A stretch of DNA of 64,000 nt from assembly GCF_009914755.1 (NCBI RefSeq), contig NC_060930.1; one strand, written 5' to 3'. The notes under the pieces were generated by a model, which worked only from the letters and a program-made list of their open reading frames with translations, was not told the origin of the DNA and ran no database searches. A program made the translations under genes and the position numbers. Origin of the DNA: the human T2T-CHM13v2.0 reference genome, Homo sapiens. Shown in pieces: positions 1-12,710 of this stretch. Every line of letters starts with the position of its first letter. Position 1 is the stretch's first letter.

Positions 1-2132
1 TTTAGGCATGTAGAGGTCTAGTGCAATGGTAATGAAATAAGTGGGATGATAGAGTGTGTCTGAGTCTATTGGTTTTAAACTACTCCTGGGTTACTGGTAA
101 CTACATATTTGTCACTAAGCCTATTTAATACAGTTCCTTACCTTGGGGATTGAACTATACAACACATGAGTGAGAAATACAGACTGAAATGACAACAAAG
201 ATGAAATGATGGAGATAAAAGTACTTTGGAAATGAGATGATAGAATTCACTAAGAATTATGGATCATTTCAAATTCATAAACATAAATATCTACTTTAAA
301 ACATTACAATTCATGGAAAGCACTTATGTCACTTAAAAGATTGGGCTTCAGAACGGTGTCGCCTCTTAGGTTAAGGTGGCAAGTGTAAAAAGTCACCATA
401 GCATCACAGTACTTGAAGACATTTAAATGGAAGTATTAGTTGATACCATGAGACTTTTAATTTTGACATACTATTGTCTTTGATGATATTGGATATATTT
501 CTTCCATAAATAAACAGGTTTTGTTTAAATGGAAAATATGCTGAGGCAAGTAGAACCCCTTTTTTATATTTCCTCAATGAGAAACTGTCTTAGCAGCCAA
601 AGTAACAGCGTTCACTATTATTGCCTCAAGGGTTGGGCAGATTCCAATAGGCTGGGAACACAGGCACTATTTGGGGTTGTATACTCAAGTTTAGACAGAA
701 GCAGTCTGGTCACATGAAACTTAATCTTTTAAAGTGTTATTTAAACACATTCTTTATAGTTTAAATTGTACCAAATTTATTCTAGGCACACACAACATTT
801 ATTCAATATTCAATTTACAAATAGAACTTATGTGATTTCTTAGTATAGTTTTTTGGTTTTATATTTTGAGTAAATTTTAAGACCTTCAAACAAGAGAAAA
901 AGCCATCAGAAATAGATTACTCAGGGTAGGGAGGACATCAAAGAATAGAGGTTAATTTAACAATTTCTAGATTTCTTCTTACAGTTTTTTAATGTCAAGT
1001 ATTAAAATAGCACGCATTTTTTCAACATATTCTAGCCTCAACTGATTTTAGAAAGTCAAACTCATGTCAACATGTCATTTTATAGACATAGAATGGGAAA
1101 GAAAATAATAGTACAGCCAGAGTGGCAGGTATTTCCTGCAAGAATATGAATAATTCCAACTTTTTCATGCAGTTTTCACTTCTATTTGAGAATCAGGGCT
1201 TATTCTGTTATTATTTTGTGTTTGCTATGTATTTTATATAGTGTTGTCAGTTAAGCAAGTTAAATAAATGCAACTGGTCAAACTGTGAAGACTCAGTAAT
1301 AAGCATCAAAAATAATTTAGTTTCCAAGAAAAAGCAAACTCTTCTTTGTCAACTGAGAGACATGTCTATTGAGAAAGCGTTTCATTCAAACTTGAGAAAA
1401 AGTTTGGTAATTATGGCTACCATTTACTCTGAAAACTTATTGGAATTGGTATATTCATATAAAAATATTGCTAATTTTATTTTTCCCAAATTAATTTTTG
1501 CCTTTGAGATTCACTTGAAATTAAAGTAACTTGAAACTAAACTATGTTCTTTTTCCTTCTAATTTCACTGTCCCTATATATAACAATGGCTTTTCTTAAG
1601 ACATTAGAGTAGCATTCCTTCGTAACTGATGACTTTTACATTAAACTTTCATGTAAAATTATATTCAAATTTGCTTTCAAGTCTCTTTTTAAAATAACTG
1701 TTTTTACTATTCAAAAAATAAATCATAGTGAAAGGTTAATAAAGTATATATACTCATATCAATCTTATTAGAAACACAATGGAAGTTATATCAAATATTT
1801 TACAAGTTTCTCAATTCACATTAACCTAGCTCTAGAAGTTTCTTCTGTTCTCAATTCAACTGGAAGATAATTGTCTTGACTAGGAAAAAATGCTAATAAT
1901 GAGACTGTCAATATATAAACTATAAAAGTTAATGGAAATAAAAAATAATCTTAAATGCATAAAATACTAATGAATACAATGTTCACAATATTAGCATTAA
2001 AAGTGGTCTTATTTTCTTAAAAACAGGTTTGTGTTGTAAACAAAATACAAGGAAATCTTCTATTAAAAATATATGCTTGAGATTCATGGTAGCTTAAATT
2101 TATCCAGGGAAAATATTTTACAATATGTCTCA

Positions 2133-2650
2133 GTGGTAGTCAGAATAATCACCTCCAAAGATATTTATATCTTAATCCTCAGAACTTGTGAATGCGCATG
2201 AATGCACACAGCAAAGGAGAATTAAGGTTGCAGATGGAATTAATGTTCTAATCAGCTGACTTTAAAATACAGATATTATTCTGAATTATCTGGCAGGTCC
2301 CAATGTAATCACACGGGTCTTTAAAAGTGGAAGAGGAAAGCAGGGAAGAAGTTAGAGTGATGCAGTGTGAAAACTTGATCCTTTATTGCATGCAAAAAAA
2401 AAAAAAAAAAAAGATGAAGGAAGAGGGCCAGGAGCCAAGAAATGGGGACAGCTTCTAGAAGATGGAAGAGGCAAGAAAACAAATTGTTTCTTAGGGGCTT
2501 CAGAGGGAATGCAGCCTTGCCAGTATCATGACTAGCCCAGTGAGACCCATTTTAATCTTCTGAGGTACAGAACTATAAAATAAGGAATTTGTGTAGTTTT
2601 AAGCCATAAAATTGTGTAATTTGTAAAGGTAACCATATAAAATTAATATA
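2133..2650 (+). mobile_element. MaLR LTR, MLT1D-like solo LTR
   Basis: Starts GTGGTAGTCAGAATAAT, contains GGAGAATTAAGGTTGCAGATGGAATTAA and CCCAATGTAATCACA, and ends TTTTAAGCCA...AATTAATATA, matching the recalled MLT1D layout; internal A19 run at 2394-2412. Confidence 0.8.
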
Positions 2651-3834
2651 GCTTCTATGAATACCTCTATCTTAATTATATAGTTACAGTTTTAATTTTT
2701 TTTATAATGCATATCCCTTGAAAAGTTGTAAGCAATATAGCATGTGCTTAAGAGGCAAAAAGGTAATGTGAAAATTTTTTAAAGTATAATTTATTATATA
2801 TTTATGATAGTAATTTGCAATAATGTATTATATGTATTATAAATCAGTGTTAATGTACCAGTCTATATAAATATCTATATGATTAAACTATTCCTTATTC
2901 AATATCAACTTGCCCACTGTAAATCACACTAGTATGCTGTTGATTATTTTGCAAAGTTTCGTTCATGATGTTTTCAGGTGGATAATTCATGCTTACGTGT
3001 CATATCCTCCTGTACTCTATAAAAGAAATAAGAGCAGCCACAGCACATGTATCACTCTATGGAACATATTAATAAAGTTCTCAAGATCAATGCTGCTGAG
3101 TGCTTTTTTGCAGGAGCAGTTTAATGTTAGTATAAAATATTGCCCCATTAAAGCACAGAAGACAATAAAATAAAGCAAAATCAGCATAAATAAAATTTAT
3201 TAATTATGTCTCAGTGATTGGACCTTTTCTTTTACGTTAAAGAAGGTTTACAATGACAGCAGCGTATACTAGAAATGATGGAGTCCCTATTTATCCCTGG
3301 TAATGCACCTTCTTAGATCACAGTTGGTTAGTTGTCATCACTTAATGTTTATAAAGAGCTCTAAAATTGAAATTACTCCCTAAGTGTCGAGTAGCCTCAT
3401 CATTCCTGAACAATCCTAATGAAGAAAAGCATATGTGACCATTTTGCAAGCCTCTTCAGAGGAAAGTGAATATTTACCATTGAATAAAACAAAACAGGAA
3501 AACAAACAGATAAACATAAGAGCAAAAGAACAAAGTCAAAACAAGTTGCAGACCAATGTAGAAAGAAACAAAAGTCTGTGCTTCTTCCGTTCAGGTTCCT
3601 CGGGCCAGAGACAGCATGTAGGTCATGCTGTGGTTGATCACAAGGGCCACAGATGATATTCCCTAGTGTTTGCAAGAACTTCCTTTAAAGTACTATTAAT
3701 AATATAGAGAAAAATGAGAAATAAGTTTAGCATGATCATTAGTATGCAGTGTATGTGAGTGATGCAACCATCATATACAAGCATTATAACTTTCGTGGGC
3801 CTATTTTCTTATGCTCTATCTCTCTGTGTATAAA

Positions 3835-3985
3835 ACATAAAATATATAAATATGTTTATATTTTATGTAAATTTATATTTATGTTTAATTTATATATTTA
3901 TATGTTATATAAAGTATTTTCATGTATAAATATATTTCCTATAAAATATTTATATATTATATTTTATATGAAATATATGTAATAT
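3835..3985. repeat. AT-rich low-complexity tract
   Basis: Almost purely A/T degenerate TATA/TTTA repeats; source of the spurious ORF 3749-3982. Confidence 0.8.
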
Positions 3986-4079
3986 TACCTAGGCTATGTT
4001 CACTATTTTACATTCATCGTTATTCATTGTTATACTCATTTTTTCTTTGGTTTCTAAGATACATTAAAATTTGAAAATA

Positions 4080-4150
4080 TAATGGGCCTATAAAATTTTC
4101 ATGACCCCTAAGTGCCGTACCTACTGTGTCTGACGAATAAGTTGTCTCTG
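4080..4150. mobile_element. Possible hAT-Tip100-type DNA transposon terminal fragment
   Basis: CCCCTAAGTGCCGTACCTACTGTGTCTGACGAATAAGTTGTCTCTG resembles the recalled CCCTAGGCACTGTGCCTACTGTGCCTAATGGATAAGTCGGCCCTG terminus; short and diverged. Confidence 0.35.
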
Positions 4151-5917
4151 GTCTTTATAACCATTTGCTATCTAAAAGTGTATACCTTCAGATGTCCCCA
4201 ATTTTATATTTGTGATAAATTCATGTTGATAAGAATATGGGCATGCTGATTACCTAAAATTCAAAATATGAATAGGCCCAGTATAAATTGTTTATGTATA
4301 TGCATTCAAGCACTAGTGTGTTTGTTAGAGCTTTCAAATCTGTTTCCCTCTTTTAATCCAAAGTGTTCCAAAACATATTTGAATATAATGTGTATTTTCT
4401 AAAAATATTCCATAATCTGCATGTATCACATCTTAACCCAACAAGTAAACACTGGAAATGACTACTAATCAGGGCAAGACATGCATGATAACATGTAGGT
4501 GTGGGTTATTACTAATACAAAAATTCTAGGAACTTTCCTATGTACTCTGTAGGATGCGAATGAGGGACTGTAAAAGTGGAGAATGACAATCTGTATGCTA
4601 ATTCTGAAACATTTGCATTGAGAAGAATGGCCTGGGAAAATTGAGCTAAATCTATTCCCGCCTTAGCAAAATTCTTCATGAATGTGAAATGCTATAGGTT
4701 AGTTAGGTAAACTAGAAGCTTCTACAATCTTGTCTACATTCCAAGATAATGCAGTATGCTAAATATTTTTCTCTAGACTGAAAATATTTCTTTAAAATGA
4801 TCTGTAATTTTAGCTTCCTACAAAGTCAGCCTTACTTTCTCTGAATTAGAATGATTATGTGAGGATCTGTTAAATTTATATGTTTAGTTTTGACAAAATA
4901 ACACCTACCTGCTAAAGAAAATTGTAAAAAGCGATAAGAATAGTGAATATGTTAAATATCATTTGACCTAATGAATATTGGTTTTGTTGTGGCAAAAGAA
5001 CAAAAAATGGAATGGGTATTTTAGACCACAGTAACAGCCACTCCTACAACAGATAAATTACTATTATTTGATTTTCAGCCTTTGATTGTCTTTTTTCCCA
5101 AAGAACTCAGAAAAATATGCTCATATATCACCTGTGTAAAATAGGAACAAATTATGTTCTTTCAACTGTGAATGCCAATCACACACAGACATTTGCAAAT
5201 TTACATGAGATGAAAAGCAATTTCACGGCAATCAGCTAAACCACAATAAAAATTATGCATGCATCACAGCATTGGGAGAGAGAGAAAACTGTGACTTGCC
5301 AAAAGAAAATCAGCTTGTACATTACTCTGGCCAACCAGTGCCAATACCCTGAACAAGGAGCTATCTCTAGGCAAATGACACTGTAGATTGATATGCTAAC
5401 TTACCCTTCAATACAGCATGTATGTATCTGGGGATGCAGAGCTACAAAGAAAGGTTCTGACCCTGTGAAAACAGGTGATCACCATGCTGCCTTGTGCCAT
5501 TTACAACTGCTAACTAGAAATAATTTGGTCTATTTTCAGTGGTTAACTTAAGGGTAATGCATTGTATTCATTTGTACTTTTTTTTTTTTCAAATTTTAAA
5601 GACTTCCAAAATATCTATTGCTTTTGAAATCTACTCAGTGGCCATTCAGCTGTTTAAATTGAAATGGCCAATGTAAGGAAAGAAAAAGATTAAATATATT
5701 CAACTGGCCATGATAAATACAATCCAGGTCCTTTGGTGTTAGAAGCTCAGTATGATTAAACTGTTTTTAATGATTAGGCTTTTGATTTTTACACATAAAG
5801 AATTCTTAATCATGATTTTTTATCATAAAAAACAAAAACACTCAATTAGAAAAAATATGGATAGCATTTCCCAGGATAGGGCACGTTAACAACTATTTCT
5901 TTCCCTATAGCTTTTTC

Positions 5918-5922
<5 letters not shown>

Positions 5923-5955
<33 letters not shown>
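5923..5955. repeat. (TG)16 microsatellite
   Basis: Perfect TG dinucleotide run read directly. Confidence 0.97.
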
Positions 5956-5958
<3 letters not shown>

Positions 5959-6240
5959 ATGTGTGGTATTCTCTTAAAATTTGCCTTTCTATACAAGTTC
6001 ACATAAAAAATTTTATGCACCAAATTTTATATCTTTTTCAAGAAAAATTGTAACTTCAGCAAAACAAAGATTAAAAAATGTTAATAAAGGACTATAATTT
6101 TTTACAAAAAAGGCTAAGTTCATACTGTACTAAACATATCTTTATCAGAAGATGTAAACATACTGAATTTGATGCAAATGTGAATTTTAGAAACCCGAGC
6201 TCTTACTATTTTTAGAGTCCTTAATAAATATCTAACAGTC

Positions 6241-6405
6241 TACTATGGTTTGAATGTAGTTTGTCCCCACTAAAACTAATGTTGAAATTAATTGCCATTA
6301 TATTGGTGTTAAGAGATAGGGCCTTTATGAGATGACTAGGTCATTAAAATCTCAAGAGAGACTGGGTTAGCTCTTGCAATAATGAATTTGTTCTCATAAG
6401 AGTGA
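6241..6405 (+). mobile_element. MaLR MST-type LTR, 5' fragment
   Basis: TACTATGGTTTGAATGT...TCCCCACTAAAACTAATGTTGAAAT...GAGATAGGGCCTTTATGAGATGACTAGGTCAT is an MST-type LTR start; the 3' half is absent. Confidence 0.65.
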
Positions 6406-6411
6406 TTTTTG

Positions 6412-6629
6412 GCTTATTGATCCATAATATTTATATATATTTGGGGTACATAAAATATTTTCTCACATGCTTAGGAAGTGTAATGATCAAGTGAAGGTAC
6501 TTAGGATGTCCATCACCTTATGTATCATTTCTGTGGGTTGGGAACATGTTAACTCCACTCTTCAAGCTATTTTAATATATAAAATGCATTGTTAACTATA
6601 GTCACCCCACTATGCTATTGAATATTAGA
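6412..6629 (-). mobile_element. L1MA-type 3' end (antisense)
   Basis: TTGGGGTACAT...GTAATGATCAAGT...CCATCACC...TTGTTAACTATAGTCACCC matches the reverse complement of the L1MA 3' UTR. Confidence 0.8.
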
Positions 6630-6631
6630 TA

Positions 6632-6771
6632 AAAATCCTTTCATTTGCAACAACATGGATAGAACTGGAGGTCATTAAGTGAAGTTAGTGAGGTGCAGAA
6701 AGACAAACATTTACGTTCTCACTCATCTGTGGGAGCTAAGGAATTGATCTCATGGGGGTAGGAAGTAGAAT
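6632..6771 (+). mobile_element. L1MA-type ORF2-end/3' UTR fragment (sense), abutting the antisense piece
   Basis: ATCCTTTCATTTGCAACAACATGGATAGAACTGGAGGTCATT...CAGAAAGACAAAC...TTCTCACTCATCTGTGGGAGCTAA. Confidence 0.8.
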
Positions 6772-6789
6772 AAATCCTTAACAGGTTAA

Positions 6790-6960
6790 TTTCATTATTA
6801 CAACAATTCAATGAGGTAGTTATATTTTTATTCTATTTTGCAGATGAGAAAGCTAAAGTAGATAAATTTTAAGTAAATGCTCAGGTTCACAGTGCTAGTA
6901 ATTAACCTATTCAGCATCTGTACCTAGAAAGTCTACTGCCAGAGTCCACATTTATCACCA
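6790..6960 (-). mobile_element. MIR SINE
   Basis: ACAAC...ATGAGGTAG...ATTTTGCAGATGAGAAAGCTAAAG...AAGTAAATGCTCAGGTTCACAG, the antisense MIR core. Confidence 0.65.
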
Positions 6961-7225
6961 GTTTACTGTAATGCCTCTTCCTTTGTAACCCTGAAAATTA
7001 CTTATGAGAAAACTTGGCTAGTTTTCACCCATATACCTATATAAGGGACAGACATCGATGCGCCTTTTCAAAAAGGTGAAGTGGGAGTACAGGGCCAGAG
7101 AAAGATAAATGGAATCATGGAGTATAAGTGATGATGCCATTTTTTTTTCTACTGGAAGTTTGAAGTAATCTTGGAAATAAGAACAAGTTCTGTATATAAG
7201 CTAGGTGAGAGCTTCCCCAAATTCC

Positions 7226-7400
7226 CATCCATTCATTTATTGTTCAACAAATATTTATTGAGTGCCTACATCAGGCACTGTTTCAGAAATTTAGAGCTTC
7301 GTAAGGAACAAAAATCTCTGCCTCTATCTAGTATATTTACTAGTTGGGAAGAGAGTTAAGTAAACAATATAATACAAAAGAGATAATAACAGTAAAGAAA
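7226..7400 (-). mobile_element. L2 3' end
   Basis: CATTCATTTATTGTTCAACAAATATTTATTGAGTGCCTACATCAGGCACTGT, the canonical antisense L2 terminus. Confidence 0.75.
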
Positions 7401-10064
7401 ACAATAACAATTGCCACCCTGAGGTAAAATTTGGGGGATGCTCAGAGCCTGAGTACAAAGGTGTCAACCAAACCACCCGAGGACCAATGGGATCAGTGTC
7501 TCAGGACACCAGTAAGTGGATCCAATTGAAATGCCTGCAATAATAACATCGTTTTAACTTCTTGGTAAACCAAGGTTTTCAATTAAAGGTTGGTTTGGGG
7601 AAAAAATTGCCTTTCCTTATGAATAATTCAAATGGATTTCCTTTGAATTTACCAAAATTCTTCATCTGATGAGATAGGATTTTTTCTCTTTTCGCCCATA
7701 AACTTTGCTTTATAGATTGCTTAGGGCTACTGCCTAAATAAAAATAAATTCCTGTTGCAGTATGGTTTTAATATGTTGAAATGTATTCTTTAAGTTGAAG
7801 ATCTCTGTAGTTCATTTGTCAATGCAACTTTTCTGTTCAATAGGAGTTTTTAAAAAAGAAAACAATCAAACAAACAAGAAAGAAGTTTACTTCCTTTTGC
7901 TAGTGTATTCCATTACTACAGTTTGATATTTCAAGTGGCTCATGAATTAGAAAAACGGTCTATAAAATCAACTTATAACTATCTACCTGAAAGAAACAAC
8001 AGAATATTCATAGTCACATTCTTTTTATGTTAAATTTAAGTTTTAAAAATTAAAATACTAATGTATTATTTATAATATGTATAAAATGTGATATAATAAA
8101 TTCCAGCAACTAACTTATACTTTTTTGCCTAGCCATTCCACCCCTTGTGTTTTCCTCCATTTATGCTGGAAGCAGGCTTCATGTTCCTTTGCACAACAGC
8201 AAAGTTGTGTCAGGACCTCCAGCAGAAATCACGTTCATTTAAACAAGTTTCTCACTTTGTGTTAAGGCCTTTGTCCATTGAAGGGCCTGTATCCCAAGTG
8301 TGAGGAGGGAGAATTCCTTGAGAACAGCGAAGCAAGCAGAAGGGGTCCTCCCGACCCTAGAGAAAAGATCCAGACCCAGGGAATTGAGGAGAACAAGTGA
8401 CCCGGGTCCAATCTCCTCAAAATAGTTTCGGTTGTTGTTACAGTTTAAAATACCAGGGAGAATCTCATGTTTGCCAGTTGTTTTTTTTTTTTTAGACCTG
8501 GATTACCAGTAGAACACTATATTAAACCTAGTTGGTTTATATTCTCAAAGAAGAGAATAGGAATATAGTCTATGGGTTTCTATTTTTTCCTACTCATTTA
8601 ATTTTATTACAAAGGCTGTATGTTAGTTGATATGAGGGATAGTGAAACAATTTTTAAAACTTCTAATTGTAATCATTCACATTTCAATGTGATATTGTGT
8701 TAAGTATGACTTTATGTTAGCTATAAGTTTGACCTGGACCTTTTTGTCTTATATTAAGGATTTGTGCTCCTGCTCTAAAATAATTGGAATGGATTTTAAA
8801 ATTTCTTGACTTTCATATACTTTTAGAAATTACTACATATCCTTTTGCTTATTTGACCTATTGGCATGATGTATTAGTAGAGTTGTTTTTACAATTCCAT
8901 CATCAACTTGTAAGTTATTCTTCTGGATATAGCGTATCAATATATTTCATATAAGAATGATGCATGTCTATTCATAAAACATCAGCCTGGATTTTTCATT
9001 CTTAATGCTGTGGTTTTACTTTTGTAGTTGCTTGTGAATCTCTCTTGATAAGGTTAAATACTGTTTTAACTTAAAAACAATCAAGTTAACATACAATTTC
9101 ATTGTCATATTGCATACTTCCTTTTCCCTTCTTTAAAAAGAACTCACAGTGATGTTATAGCCATGTCTGCTGAATGTGTTAAATGGAAAGTAGATTGAGA
9201 AATTTTGAGGTAGTTGAACATCAGAACATTATTCTTACTAGATGCATTGAACAGAGAGCTAAGTATATTGCTATCTTCTCTAGCACTTGGCTGAGAGCAA
9301 CCAAGCAATTTTTCATTTTACTTGTGAGCACACCATGAACACACCACCTCCATGTATCACTAAACCATGCAAAAGCCTCTGTTATTCATGCCCAAGCTGG
9401 CATAGAGATAAATTTGAAAGAATATTAGTGAAAAATGCTGCTTCATACCAAACAGTATTCTGTCTCTGTGTTTAAAATGACTTTAAAAAAATAAATCATG
9501 CAACAGGAATGTCTCCAAACACAGACTTCTGGAATAAAAATTGCCAATCTCAGAGACCTAGCTCCAAGGAATATCAACCAGCCAGTCATCCACCTAGCAT
9601 GAAATGGAAAGGACATTATTTCAACCTTCAGTGGATAATGAATGCCTTGACACAACCTGTTTTGAAAGATAATTGGATATGTAATTTGCTAAACATACTA
9701 TCTACAAGGCAATAAAACAAGTTATCCCATTTATATTTTTTGCTATTTTTCTTTGTCAGTTTGCCATAATTTTGTTCACCCATAAAGCTATTATTTCCCA
9801 AACGAGTGCTACTAGATCTAGAGATGGTTTCTAAGCAAGTGAAATTATCTGAAATGTGACTAACTGAACTTCACTCTTTAATAGGATTCACTTAAGGAAT
9901 ACATTATACTTTTCATGTACTCAAGCTCAAATAACCTTTACCATTCCCATGGTTTTTTATATGTTCTTCCAGTTACCACATATTATTTATAGTATCATAT
10001 TAAGAAAATATAAATTTTCTTACACATGCAATTGAATATGCCCCGTCCCCCTTTGGGATTGTTT

Positions 10065-10700
10065 GATTCACTTATTTACTCAACAAATCTTCATCAAACT
10101 CTTAATTTTCACTCATTCAATCACCTGCATAGGGCAATCATTCAATCAACATTCTTGAGCACTTATCTTGTACCAAGCATTATTAAGCCCTTGGGACTAC
10201 AGCAGTGAAGAAAACATACAAATTCACTGCTTTTATGAGACTTAAATTCTGGTGTAGAGAGACAGAAAACACACACATAAATGTATTTGATGTGCTGAGA
10301 AGTACTATAAAGAAAACTAAAGCAGTAAGAGCACAGCGAATGAAGGACTTTTAGTGATGGTGGTATTATTGTCGTTTGAATAGACTCATTACAAATTATC
10401 TCTCTGTCAATGTTACATTGGAGGAAGCACCCAAAGGAAACAAGGGAGTAATAATTGCGAACGTTTTCCATTAAGAGGGAGTGGTAGGGAATTTATAGGT
10501 GTGCTGGAGGATAGCAGAGGCCAGCAGCCTCACCAAACTGGAGTCAACAAGAGTGGCTGCAATGGGGTGCCAGCAGTGAGTTAGTCAAAGAAAGATAACA
10601 TCATCAGGCTCTGTAGAACACTTTTTGGAAGGACTTTGAATTTAATTCCATGTAAATTGCATTTTAAACAAGGCTTTTCCAAAGGTCATTCTGTAGCTTT
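10065..10700 (-). mobile_element. L2 3' region
   Basis: CATTCAATCAACATTCTTGAGCACTTATCTTGTACCAAGCATTATTAAGCCCTTGGGACTACAGCAGTGAA followed by purine-rich L2 body. Confidence 0.65.
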
Positions 10701-10729
10701 GTGGAGAGTAACAACAGTAGATGCAGTTG

Positions 10730-12710
10730 TAGGCACTGTTAGAGGTACATGAGAGGCAGAATACAGGACGGTATTGAAGAAAATAGACTCTCCTTTCATG
10801 GAGTTTACTCTCTGATGTGGGGGCATATAATAACGACGCTAAAATAAATATGTAGAAAGGATATACAGGTTAGTGATAAATACCAGGATGGACATAAAAC
10901 GGATTGGTGTGATTAGACAAAAGGTGGAAGCTATTACTTCTTTTTGCTTGATTAAGGATCTAATAAAGACTTATACTCAATCTGAGACCAGAGTAACTAA
11001 AAAGAGACAGCCATGGAAAGCCCATTAAAAAAGGGAGTTCTGGAAAGAGGAATAGCATGTGAAATATCACTTATGTGAGAGCAGAAAGGTGGTCAGTGGT
11101 TTTGAAGAGGAAGTTCAATATTATGCGAACTGGAGAGGTGGAGGCAAGATCATGTTGGGCCTTATCAGCCACATTGATGACATTAGATATATAGTCATAT
11201 GTCACTTAACAAGGGGGTATGTTCTGAGAAGTGCATCCTTTAGTGATTTCATCACTGTGCAAACATTATAGAGTGTACTTCCACAAACTGAGATGGTAGA
11301 GTCTGTAGGTTACTGTACTGAAAACTATAGTTAAGTGTTTGTATATCTAAACATACCTAAACAGAAAACATACAGTAAAAATTCAGTATAGAAGATTAAA
11401 AACTGCTATACCTGTATAAAGGACTTAACATAAATGGAGCTTGCAAGACTGGAAGTTGCTCTGGGTAAGTCACTGAGTGAGTGGTGAGTAAATGTGAAGG
11501 CCCAGGACATTATTGGTTTTATAAACACTACATTTAGGCTACATTAATTTTTTTTCTTTCTTCTATAATAAATTCATCTTAGCTAACAGCAACATTTTTA
11601 CTTTATAAACTTTTATATATGTTTTACAATTTTTGGACTCTTTTGTAATGTCAGCTTAAAACACAAGCACATTGTACAGCTCTCCAAAAATATTTAATTT
11701 ATTTATATAGGCTTTTTTCTATTTGTAGTAATTATAACTTTTTAGTACGTTTTGTTGATAACTAAGACAGAAACACACACATTAGCTTAGACCTACACAC
11801 AATAAGGATCATCAATATCACTGTCTTCTACCGCCACATCTTGTCCCACTGGAAGGTGTGCAGGGGCAGTAACATGTATGGAGTTATCATCTCCTTGATA
11901 GCAAGGCTGCCTTCTGGAATACCCTCGAAAGATCTGCCTGAGGTTGTTTTATGGTGAACTTTTTGTTATAAATAACTAGAAAGAATATACTCTAAAGTAA
12001 CAATAAAATGTATAGTATACTAAATACATAAGCCAGTCTCACAGTAGTTTATTATCATTGGGAAGTATTGTGTACTTTGCAGAATGGTATGTGTTACAAT
12101 TTTGTAAGATTGGCAGTGCAGCAGGGATTTTTATTTACACCTGCATCACCACAAACACACGAATAATGCATTTTCCTAGGACATTAAGATTGATACAATT
12201 TCACTATGCAATACATGGGACCACCACTGTATATGTGGCATATCATTGACTACAGAAAGAAGTGAGAAGCCCCTGGAAACTTTAATGTTAAGAGAGCAAC
12301 ATAATCTGACTTATGTATTTCGATTGACTACTCTTTGAAAAATGTATTTTCATGGAAGTGAGTAGCAAGAATGACATTTTGGAAAGCTATTAATCCAAAA
12401 GGGGGATTTGGTTGTTCAGATTAGGTGGTAACCTTGAAGATGAAAATAAATGAACAAAATTGGGATATCTTTTGGCAGCAGAGACATTAGGACTATTTTA
12501 TGGATTTGATTGGGGGGTGCTGAGGCAAGAGACATCAGAGATGTCTCCTAAGTATTTGGCTTGAGAGAATGTGTGAATAGGGAAACATGTTATGATGTAG
12601 AATGGCCTAGCGTAGCACATGAGCATGGTGTTAAGGAAGCATTATTTCTCCTTGGGGTATGGCAAATTAGAGATACAAATTAGACATCCAGTAGTCCCGT
12701 CAAGTAAACA
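10730..12710 (-). mobile_element. L2 fragment split by the Tigger3b insertion
   Basis: L2-like sequence (GGCAAGATCATGTTGGGCCTTATCAGCCAC) stops at ~11185 and resumes after 12250 (GAGAAGCCCCTGGAAACTTT...ATAATCTGACTTATGTATTT). Confidence 0.55.
11192..12250 (-). mobile_element. Tigger3b (Golem/MER7-type) non-autonomous DNA transposon
   Basis: Left end AGTCATATGTCACTTAACAAGGGGGTATGTTCTGAGAAGTGCATC; internal CTGGAAGTTGCTCTGGGTAAGTCACTGAGTGAGTGGTGAG; right end ATGGGACCACCACTGTATATGTGG...CATTGAC, with the outer terminal repeat eroded. Strand follows recalled consensus orientation. Confidence 0.85.
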
